In this document: positions 53,816 through 64,000 of the stretch, in pieces | Position numbering within the stretch: the first letter of the stretch is position 1 | How the letters are laid out: the number at the start of each line of letters is the position of its first letter | From: Octopus sinensis | Lineage: Eukaryota | Assembly (NCBI RefSeq): GCF_006345805.1 | Contig: NC_043000.1 | Coordinates: forward strand, 162,378,001 to 162,442,000 | DNA length: 64,000 nt | Reading direction: 5' to 3' | Notes under the pieces: model-generated | The model's database searches: none | Told to the model about the DNA's origin: nothing | The model's input: only the letters and a program-made list of their open reading frames with translations | Made by a program: the position numbers and the translations under genes

Positions 53816-54633
53816 CTAATAATCATAATATTAGATTTCTATAGAAACTTGTAAGAACCCATCGAAGATATGCAAGTTTGGTACGAGAAAACAATCAATG
53901 ATTAACTGGTTAAAACAAAAAAAAACATAAACAGAAGCAGAGGGGGTTACTTGACATTGATTAAGGTTCCTACTTCAAGTACAAAACTTGTGCTACCAAA
54001 ATTGCTAAACACTTATCTCACACCTCGAGAGATAATTTACCTTTAGTTTCAATTTACAATATAATTCTAGCCAAAATAGTATAAACTGACCCGCAAAACA
54101 TGGTGATTATCTCTATTCTAAAACACTTTTGATTACATACAATTCCTAACTGATAGCTGCTTTTATTTAAGTTCTTAATTATCTTCTATCTTTACACTAT
54201 TGGCTTAATTTGAGGATATGTTTAGACCAAATGGAATGCGGTATTCTGTTGTTCATATTTACCCTAAGAATATCAACTGGCTAATTGAAATGAAATTATT
54301 TCAAACTCGAGTGAAACATGATATTTCAATCTCTTAAATAATGGTTCTTATCCCATTCTTTCTTCGACGACACTACGGGTTCTTCTACGACACTACGGCT
54401 TCTTTAAGATATTTTAAGATAGTGTTCTTCCTATAGGTAAGAAACCACTGCACTCCAGTGACGATTAGAGTGAATTAGCTTCAATTAGGAATTCATACTG
54501 AGTTGCAGACTCATCTACACGCTTATAGCAATCTCTACTTTAAACAGACACACGGAAAAATAAAACAAAGCAAACACGTGTGCAAGCCCATAAGCATATG
54601 TGTGCATGTATGTGTCTGTGCGTGCGAGGTTCA

Positions 54634-55442
54634 TAGGCGCAAGCGTGGATGTGTAGTAAGAAGCTTGCTTCCCAACCTTATGGTTCCGGGTTCAGTCCCA
54701 TTGCGTTCCACTTTAAGCAATTGTCTTTTACTGTAGCCTCGGATCGACCAGAACTTTGTGAGTGGATTTGGTAGACGGAAACCGAAAAAAACCTGTCGTG
54801 CTTATATATATATATATGTATGTATATATATATATATGCACTAGCAGTATCGCCCGGCGTTGCTCAGGTTTGTAAGGGAAATAACTATAAAGCATTTTTA
54901 GAGAGTTATAGCCAAAAAATAGCAAAAAAATGGAAAAAAATGATGGTAAATTTTTTTTTGAGATTTAAAAAAGGTGGGGTTGCGTCCCCTAGACAGTTTG
55001 TGGTTCGTATTCCTGATTCTCGACCCCATGTCGAATTTATCGATTTTTTTCAGAACTGGGGGAACTTTTCAAAATTTTCGCTGCGTTAGTTTTGAATTAT
55101 GACATTGGGCTATGTGTGTGTCAAGTTTCATCAGAATCGGTTGAAAGCCGTGGTCAGGGTGAGGGTACAAGCAAACAGACACACAGAAACACGCACAGAC
55201 AAACTGCCGTTTATATAGAGAGAGATATATTTATGTGTATGTGTTCGTCCCCTCACAATCGCTTGACAACCGATAGTGGTGTGTTTACGTCCCCGTGACT
55301 TAGCAGTTCGGCAAAAGAGAGCGATAGAATAAATACCAAGCTTACAAATAATAAGTTCAGAGGTCGATTTGTTTGACTAAGAGGTGGTGTTCCAGCATGG
55401 CCACAGTCAAAATGACTGAAACAAGTAAAAGGATAAAAGAAT
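54634..55442 (+). mobile_element. SINE-A split in two (54634-54840 and 55226-55442) by a Helitron-like insertion
   Basis: The two halves are collinear with the 7948-8318 copy. Confidence 0.88.
54841..55225 (-). mobile_element. 385-bp non-autonomous Helitron-like element
   Basis: Minus strand begins A|TCTCTCTCTATATAAACGG and ends CGCCGGGCG hairpin..ATACTGCTAG|T; no TSD; TGTC-like microsatellite near the 5' end. Confidence 0.8.
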
Positions 55443-55484
55443 ATGTATAGCGAGAAAGATAGACAAACAGACAGACAGACAGAT

Positions 55485-55610
<126 letters not shown>

Positions 55611-56576
55611 TTAGATAGATAGGGAGAGAGAGAGAGATAGATAGATAGATAGATAGATAGACAGACGTACAGGTACACAATATATAAACACATATATATA
55701 TATATATCGACGCGCACTACAAATACAACTTAAGAAATTTGGTGGGGCGTTATGTTGCTGCTGCTGCTGCTGCTGCAATTGTTGTTATTGTTGTTCTTCT
55801 TCGATATTAAAGTGCAAAAGAACTAAGAGGAAGCATAAAGCAATTTCTTTTCCCATAATTTCACAGGAAATTTTTTCTGAGATCACTCCTTCTTCCGTCA
55901 TAACCCTTCAACACCAGCACTATGATAGCATCACCACTGCCACCCCCAGCCTCATCAGTACCACCACCACCACCACCACCACAGCTACTACTATCCCTTT
56001 GTTTGTGATCCCTACACACAAGCAATAGGCATCCACTCAGTAGCAATTAAAAATATTAACATCGACAACGTTAATAATGATTTTATTTTATTAGCCACAG
56101 GAGCCACAGAGATGCACAACAGGAATTAATATAATGATAGTAACAATTATAATGATAATAAAGCGGGATGGAGAAGATGGGTTAAAAGTAGAGCCGCAAT
56201 AATAGCAGCAGCAACAACAATAGCAACAACAAAAGCTAGAGTTGTAAGAGAAAAGAAAAGTATCAAAAAAGAAAATCGACGTTCTTAAAATGACGGTAGA
56301 GAAGGCAATAGAGAATACCACGAGGATGACGACCCAGAAATTCACTGAATACTGACTTTTTCCCAGGGGATCTAATAAATAAGGGATAATTAACAGGAAC
56401 TCTTCCGTATGTCGGCAGGAGAAGTTTTAGGGATTGACTGAATCACAAATGCAAAAAAAAAAAGAAAAAAAGAAGCTGGGAATGGGTTCCTTCTTTATTG
56501 ATCTTTTGTGACTCATTGACACACACATTAATACGTTAAGTAGGATACTTATACATATGCATACATATATCCGACA

Positions 56577-56611
<35 letters not shown>

Positions 56612-56620
56612 GTATCTATG

Positions 56621-56652
<32 letters not shown>

Positions 56653-56672
56653 CATCTATCTAGCGGTGGTGA

Positions 56673-56709
<37 letters not shown>

Positions 56710-57139
56710 AAGAAAAAGAAAGGGAGAGAAAGAGAGACAAAGAAATTTAAGGAGAGTTGACGTTTTATTAAAAGTAGCAGTGTTGAATGTGGCAGAGAAA
56801 GAGAAAGAAAGAGTGGGTATGTGTGAGAAAGTGGAAAAGGATGTGCAACTTTGTTGAACCATGTCTCTTTGACAGAAATTCCCGTCACCCACACTAATAT
56901 ATAAAGATAGATAAATATAATTTAGGGTATCTAAGAGATACCACCACGCTGGAAATAGCAGACAAAAAATGACTCTAAAACCGCATTAAATGTTCATACA
57001 GCACCAGGAGAGAAAACAAAAAGACAAAATAAACAAGCAACACTTTTATTGAAATAAAGTGTCCCAAAAATTAGACATATCTAATAAATGTGATATTTAG
57101 TGTGTCACGTTTTTAACTTTAATGAATCTTTTCTACTGG

Positions 57140-57343
57140 AAGCACAAGGCCTCAAATTTGGGGGGAAGGTATTAAGTCGATTACATCCAACCCAGTAAGT
57201 GACTGGTACTAATTTTATCGACCCCAATAGAATGAAAGGAAAAGTCAACCTCGACGGAATTCGAATTCAAAACCTAATGGCAATCGAAATACCGCCAAGC
57301 ATTTCGCCCGGCGGGCTAACCATTCTGCCATCTCGCTGCCTTA
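57140..57343 (-). mobile_element. SINE-B monomer
   Basis: Tail AAGCACAAGGCCTCAAATTTGGGG, core, head GCATTTCGCCCGGCGGGCTAACCATTCTGCCA. Confidence 0.85.
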
Positions 57344-58365
57344 ACATAACATAATATAATATAATATAACATAATATAATATAATATAATATAATATAAT
57401 TAATAAATATAATATAATATAACATAATATATATAACATAATATAATATAATATATAATATAATATAATATAATATATATAATATAATATAATATAATAA
57501 TATAATATAATTCAATATAATATAATATAATATAATATAATATAATATAATATAATATAATATAATATAATATAATATAATATAATATAATATAATATAA
57601 TATAATATAATTAATATAATATAACATAATATTATATAATATAATTAATATATATAATATAATATAATATAATATAATATAATATAATATAATATAATTT
57701 AATATAATATAATATAATATAATATAATATAATATGATATAATATAATATAATATAATATAATATAATATAATATAATATAATATAATATAACTTAATAT
57801 AATTTATATAATTTAATATAATATAGCATAATTTAATATAATATAATTTAATATAATATAATTTAATATAATATAATATATATAATATAATATAATATAA
57901 TATAATATAATATAATATAACATAATTTAATATAATATAATATAATATAATATAATATAATATAATATAATATATAATATAATATAATATAATATATATA
58001 ATATAATATAATATAATATAATATATATAATTTAATATAATTAATATAATATAATATAATATATATAATATAATTTAATATAATATAATATGATATAATA
58101 TAATATAATATAATATAATATAATATAATATAATTTAATATAATATAATATAATATAATATAATATAATATAATATAACATAATTTAATATAATATAATA
58201 TAATATAATATAATATAATATAATATAATATAATTAATATAATATAATTATATATATAATATAATATAATATGATATAATATAATATAATATAATATAAT
58301 ATAAAATAATATAATTTAATATAATATAATATAATATAATATAATATCATATAACATAATATAAT
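57344..58365. repeat. (AATAT)n pentanucleotide array of about 1 kb
   Basis: Direct reading. Confidence 0.97.
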
Positions 58366-58379
58366 AAATGTTAATGTCA

Positions 58380-58879
58380 GTGTGTCACACTTTTTCCACT
58401 TTACTCCTAGAGGTCGTAACCCAACATATCATACCAGTTTGAAATCAGGCTGACACTGTGAGTAAATTAAGAACATTCCGGACCGAATCAGGACACACAA
58501 TCCTGAAATTTGGGATTCCCAAGTTTTTATTACTATGATTGTTTTCGGCGATGTTTTTACGTGACTTCTTACGACAAATTTTATGTACGATAACAATTTT
58601 TATAATCTAAAGGCTAACTCCGTGAGTAAATTTAAAACATTACGGGTTGAATCTGGACCTGCAATCTTGAAATTTTGGACCTATGTTTTCATTACTGTGA
58701 TTGTTTTCGGAAATTTTTTGTATATGATTTTTTGCGACCAGTATGACCATCATTGAGATATGACTCCGGAGGAAGCAATTACAACAAATTTTCCAAACAA
58801 AGTCTGAGATCTGTTTGCAGATCTTCCCATTCGGGGTCGGTTGCTTAAAAGCCGCCAGATAGGGTGGCTTTTAAGCTAG
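58380..58879 (+). mobile_element. Possible Helitron-like element with an internal diverged 164-bp duplication
   Basis: Ends in the hairpin GCTTAAAAGCCGCC/GGTGGCTTTTAAGC then CTAG|T (58876-80); GTGAGTAAATT..ATTGTTTTCGG recurs at 58458 and 58622; 5' TC not located. Confidence 0.45.
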
Positions 58880-58892
58880 TATATATATATAT

Positions 58893-58923
<31 letters not shown>

Positions 58924-58955
58924 ATACACACATATATACTTTATTATTATTACAA

Positions 58956-59199
58956 CTACGAAAACATTACAAAAGTATCACAAAAATTTGCTTCTCAGAG
59001 TTTCACGTTTCCGTTCATCGGACAGTTTAGATTGAGAATCTAAACTGTTCGACGAACAAGAATGTGTAACTCTGAGTAGCAATCTTTTTGTGTGATATTT
59101 TTGTGACGTTTTTGTAGCTTTAATATTAAAGCGTATTACTCTACCTCCGGTATTCGAGTACTATTTTTCCTCTTTGTTTCAAATTTGTGTGCTTACTTT

Positions 59200-59200
<1 letters not shown>
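58956..59200. mobile_element. Imperfect fold-back palindrome (centre 59034-36) in a PLE-terminal-like repeat
   Basis: ..GACAGTTTAGATT-GAG-AATCTAAACTGTT.. with arms extending to about 58956 and 59117. Confidence 0.65.
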
Positions 59201-59242
<42 letters not shown>

Positions 59243-59243
59243 G

Positions 59244-59296
<53 letters not shown>

Positions 59297-59310
59297 GTAC
59301 ACACACACAT

Positions 59311-59341
<31 letters not shown>

Positions 59342-59344
59342 ATA

Positions 59345-59466
<122 letters not shown>

Positions 59467-60834
59467 TTGTTAGCATATTCTGAGTCGGCTAAGAGTTTCA
59501 TAATATTTGGTGAGAATCCCAAAATCACTCGACGGAAGCAAATCCAATGAAGTTTTCTGTTTTATTATGTATAGAGATGACCTTCTGGTTACCTCTTTAG
59601 GTGCATTCAAAATATTATGAAAAAGATTTAGTCGTGAAAGGTTAAAACCGCAAAATGTAATCCAAGGGAGGTAATCTCTTATATAATTGATGTGTTATAT
59701 ATATATATATAAAGAATATTTTCCTTTATGGTATTGTTTTTCTCAATACAAGTAATACTTTTTAGAGCTGTTCTTTTTATTTAACCCAGGAGGCACCTAA
59801 TCTATGATCGAAGACATGTCAATCATGAACATCCGGACTTATTTTCAAGCATAGTGCATCTAGATCTACTTGAAACTATTGTGTTACTCGCAAGACGAGT
59901 AGTTTGCGAAGGATATCCTTTTATGCGGGAGACCGCCTGTTGAGCAATCACCCAGAACCCTTCTTGTTGGCTCGTAGTGTTATATTTGTACCGTGGCTGT
60001 TTTGCTAATGTGTAGTGACAGCTCAGCCATCATCGAGCAGACAGACCAATGACACATTCGAACGACATGAGCAATCCTTATTGCTTTTGGAGTTTATGTG
60101 ATTTTGTTTAGTGGATGGCCATACTGCGAAATCTGGCTTGCGTTCGTTTCTTACTGTTCACCTGCCATCATTTTTACTGTCATTTTATTTCATATGTGTG
60201 TAATTTCTGGTAATACCCACAATGGAATCAATTAATTCGGGATGTATTAGAAGATTATGCTATTGCTCTCTCTGTGTAAATGACATCTGATATCATTATT
60301 TTAATTTTATGTCTATAAATGATCGTTGACGGATGGGACAAAACTTCGTATCCAGTCACCAAAGCAGCGAAATATATTGACTATTAGTGAATTATTTAAC
60401 TTCAGTTCTACCTTATCGTTCTCTCTTAAGTCAAAGGTGCTGCTTATGATCTTTTTTAGACACTCCAAGATTGGTGTAAGTTTGAAATTTTGGAAGTTGG
60501 TGCTAAAATGTTGAGAACGAGAATGTCGTAAAAAAAGAGAAAGAATTGAAACACTGTTTCCCTTTCAAGGATCTTTTCTATAGGTAAAGATGAGCTTATG
60601 GTTACAACTTATAATTCCAGTTGGGATAGTTTACGCAGATGTTAAAATGCCATGCAATCAGTTACGTTTTTTAGCGTTCAACGTTCAATAAACAGTGAAA
60701 TATTTAAACTTTGTTTTATCTTTCACTCACAGAAGAAAAAAATACGTATTACGTAATATTCATTCCCGTACCACTTAAAATAACAATTAGCCAAAACTCG
60801 AATTTCTTTTTCTATTGAAAAAAATTTCTCTCGA

Positions 60835-60955
60835 AAGACTTTGGTCGACCCGAGGTAAAATATAGTAGACGTTATTTGTCTAGTTTTCTCGCAGTGGAAT
60901 CGAACCTAGAACCATACGATTACGGTGTGAACTTCTTAACCACATATACATTCAT
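60835..60955 (-). mobile_element. SINE-A head, highly degenerate
   Basis: Reverse complement GTGGTTAAGAAGTTCAC..GGTTCTAGGTTCGATTCCACTGCG..CCTCGGGTCGACCAAAG. Confidence 0.7.
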
Positions 60956-60999
60956 ATATGTATTGGTTTCAATACATATAAGTTGGTTTCAAGCTTTTA

Positions 61000-61325
61000 G
61001 TGCAATGCCAGTAATTTTGGAGGTTGGGCATAATTCGATTATCTCGACTCTAGTGCTTAACTGGTACTTATCTTATGGTGCCTGCAAGAATGAAAGGCAA
61101 CGGCAATCTCGGCGGAATTTGAACTGAGAATGTAAAGACACCAGGCAAGATACTTAGCAACAATTCACCCGTCTTTACGCTTTGAGTTCAATTTCCGCCG
61201 AGGTCGACTTTACCAGTCATCTTTTCGGTGTCAATAAAATATATACCAGTTGAGTACTGGATAGATATAATCGACTTACCACCTTCTCCGAAAGTTGCTG
61301 GCCTTGTGTCAAATCTGAGACCAAT
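61000..61325. mobile_element. Head-to-head pair of decayed SINE-B copies (about 61000-61140 minus, about 61165-61325 plus)
   Basis: CTCGGCGGAATTTGAACT at about 61107 and GAGTTCAATTTCCGCCGAGG at about 61184. Confidence 0.8.
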
Positions 61326-62261
61326 ATATAAAAGACAGAGTATAGAAACACCACTGACGTCTGGTGACTACTAGAGTCAGTTATTAATGTTGTTTGAAGA
61401 GATCTCCGTCGTAATAAACTTTGATATCTTTGTCTAAAAAAAATAGTGGCTTTATGCCAATAGAGGAGATATATATCTCCATGCTTGACATGAATAGAAA
61501 GGAATATATATCTCAAGACTTCGACTCGTTTCAATACTCCAATATTTCCATATTAACCGTTTTGCGTGTTCTTTTTATAGAATTTAGAAATTCCGTCTTT
61601 CTCTATCAGGAAGTAAGGAATAATGCCAGATTCTTGCTGCTTTTCTAACTTGATATGGCTCGTTTTTCTTTTTTTTTTTATCAAGTTCTAATTATTGCTT
61701 TTGCAGTTGATAATATAATTGTTATTGTTTCTGTTGCTATAGAAGAAGTTGTTTTCAATGGTTTTGCTACAGATTTTAATATTGCTGCTGTTGCTGTTGT
61801 AGTTGTTGATCTTTACTTTATCATCTTAGCGTACTGGATATCAAAGCAAACATTTTGAAAAAAACAGAAAAAGAAAAATCATTCGATATCAGGTAGAAGG
61901 GCCATAGAAACGTGATAGCGCACACTCAAGACTCATTGACAAATAAGTTAGGAAATTTAAAAAAAGACAAAACTAGAAGATTTAGCAAGAGAGAAGGAGA
62001 GAAGTGAAGATAATGAAGAGAAATGGAGAGGCTGGGGGAAAATTGTAATTGATAAAGATGCAGGAAAACGGAAATGGTAAATGGTGGTAAGAGTCTGATA
62101 TAGAGAGGATGAGAGTGAAACGAAGAATAAAGTATTAGAAATATAGATTGAAGGGATAAGGAGGAGAAAAAGAGTAAAGATATAAGACAAAAAGAGGAAG
62201 GGAAAATGTGAAAGACTCAAAGAAAAAGAGCAGTTGATATCATGAAAGAGAATAAGAAGTC

Positions 62262-62415
62262 AAACTGGCAGAAGGCTGAGCGGCATTTCGTCCGTCTCTG
62301 CGTTCTGAGTTCAAATTCCGCCGAGGCTGACTTTGCCTTTTATCCTAGGGTCGATGTAATCGACTTATCCCCTTCTCCGAAATTACTTGTCTCGTGTCAA
62401 AATTTGAAACCACTA
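62262..62415 (+). mobile_element. SINE-B monomer with an internal deletion
   Basis: CTGGCAGAAG..GAGTTCAAATTCCGCCGAGG..GGGTCGATGTAATCGACTT..CAAAATTTGAAACCA. Confidence 0.85.
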
Positions 62416-62429
62416 TTATGAGAGAGAAT

Positions 62430-63012
62430 AAGGCGGCGAGCTGGCAGAATCGTTAGCACGCCGGGCGAAATGCTTGGCAGTATTTCGTCTGCCGCTACGT
62501 TCTGAGTTCAAATTCCGCCGAGGTCGACTTTGCCTTTCATCCTTTCGGGGGTCGATTAAATAAGTACCAGCTATGCACTGGGGTCGATATAACCGACTTA
62601 ATCCTTGTGTCTGTCATTGTTTGTCCCTTCTGTGTTTAGCCCCTTGTGGGTAGTAAAGAAATAGGTATTTCGTCTGTCGTTACGTTCTGAGTTCAAATTC
62701 CGCCGAGGTCGACTTTGCCTTTCATCCTTTCGGGGTCGATTAAATAAGTACCAGTTACGCACTGGGGTCGATATAATCGACTTAATCCGTTTGTCTGTCC
62801 TTGTTTGTTCCCTCTGTGTTTAGCCATTTGTGGGCAGTAAAGAAATAGGTATTTTGTTCGTCTTCATGTTCTGAGTTAAAATTCCACTGAAATCAATTTT
62901 GCTTTTCATCTTTTCAGAGTCGATGAAATAAGTACCAGTTACGCACTGGCGTAGATGTAATCGACTTTCCTCCTCCCCTGAAATTGCTGGCTATGTGCCA
63001 AAAATATCAATA
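62430..63012 (+). mobile_element. SINE-B with three tandem core units, period 184-185 bp
   Basis: Unit starts TATTT at 62481, 62666 and 62850; the A-box-like head occurs only once, while a B-box GAGTTCAAATTCC is in each unit. Confidence 0.92.
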
Positions 63013-63061
63013 TTATGAGAGGGAGAGAGAGAAAGAGAGTTAGATAAACAGGAGAATAATA

Positions 63062-63324
63062 AGCATTATTTACATTATTTACATTCAACGGATATTTGTC
63101 CTCATCTTGTTTGTTGTTAACACAACATTTCGGCTGATATACCCTCCAGCCTTCTTCAGGTGTCTTGGGGAAATTTCGAACCTGGGTTCTCATTCCTAAG
63201 GTGTTTTCCGATGTTGCTGTTGTTATTATTATTATTATTATATTATTATTCACGTCACTGCTTGGAATCGAACTCGGAATCTTGGGTGTTAGTAGCCCGC
63301 GCTCTTAACCACTATGCCATATGC
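63062..63324 (-). mobile_element. SINE-E: tRNA head, (AAT)n, and a tail containing a minimal hammerhead-like motif
   Basis: A-box TGGCATAGTGG, B-box GAGTTCGATTCC, tail ending in (TGTAAATAA)2. Confidence 0.88.
63119..63164 (-). ncRNA. Minimal type I hammerhead-like motif within SINE-E
   Basis: GACAC-CTGAAGA-A-GGCTG(GAGGGTATAT)CAGCC-GAAA-TGT-T-GTGTT; the stem III palindrome reads ATGT, consistent with CpG decay of ACGT. Confidence 0.6.
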
Positions 63325-63600
63325 GTCTAGCGGAGCGGTGTTAGCTTTAAGGTTGTATCCTGTAAAATTTATAGTTTAGCGTCTGACCTGTTCATTGTCG
63401 GCTTTTAAATAATCAGAACGACCTAATAAAATCAACACGACTCATCTTAATATTTCTTCTCTCTCTTCTTTGACTTTATGTTTTTACCATTTTAAAAAAT
63501 TCGTTATATTAATGTATTTGTCTGCATGCGTTTACTTTATGCGTACTTCAGTATCATGTATACCTACCATGCATTTATGTACATCATTAATATATAAATA

Positions 63601-63709
63601 GTGGAGGCGCAATGGCCCAGTGGTTAGGGCAGCAGACTCGCGGTCATAGGACCGCGGTTTCGATTCCCAGACTGGGCGTTGTGAGTGTTTATTGAGCGAA
63701 AACACCTAA
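63601..63709 (+). mobile_element. SINE-C 5' head, 3'-truncated
   Basis: A-box TGGCCCAGTGG, B-box-like GGTTTCGATTCC; matches 20115-20179 (-). Confidence 0.9.
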
Positions 63710-64000
63710 TTCAGAATTCGAACAGAATGTCAAATTATCTGCATCACCCAGAGTTTCTTTGTTCTACGATATCACTTTCAGTTCCTGCTAACTGGGCTAA
63801 ATTTCGGTGAAGATGTTGAAATATGAAGCTAACAGTTTAAGAAATACTCCTAATTAAAATTTGTTATGAATAGAATTAACCTAGTGAAATCATAAATTCC
63901 AGCTATCTGAGTGAATGAGCCTCTAAAATATATGAAGTGAAAAATATGTAAAAATACTAAGTGTGAAAAAATCAACATAGACAACAGTGGCACAGACAAC

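Noticed and set aside
62481-62850. 185-bp SINE-B tandem units as hammerhead retrozyme monomers
   Set aside because: No CTGANGA core was found on either strand of the unit; other ribozyme classes were not tested

Overview
Repeat-dense, AT-rich eukaryotic non-coding DNA. The SINE families, microsatellite load and LINE/Penelope types point to a coleoid cephalopod, probably Octopus (inference, not checked by search). No host protein-coding gene is confidently identified; one candidate 120-nt exon lies at 49206-49325 (-). Most ORFs in the supplied track are microsatellite artefacts. Real content: five tRNA-derived SINE families (labelled A-E here), decayed CR1-like and Tx1/L1-like LINE fragments, two Penelope-like elements (PLEs) with GIY-YIG remnants, two mariner remnants, Helitron/Helentron-like non-autonomous elements, a 2-kb 22-bp minisatellite, and large (GAY)n and (AATAT)n arrays. 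Most notable: (i) minimal type I hammerhead-ribozyme folds in several unrelated repeats, including one just downstream of a Pol III B-box and one inside a tRNA-headed SINE; (ii) four fold-back palindromes, three linked to PLE-type sequence; (iii) SINE-B multimers whose 3'-most unit is consistently more diverged; (iv) an in-frame TGA at a probable Cys position in a Naiad-like PLE. Folds and alignments were done by eye and need computational and biochemical confirmation.
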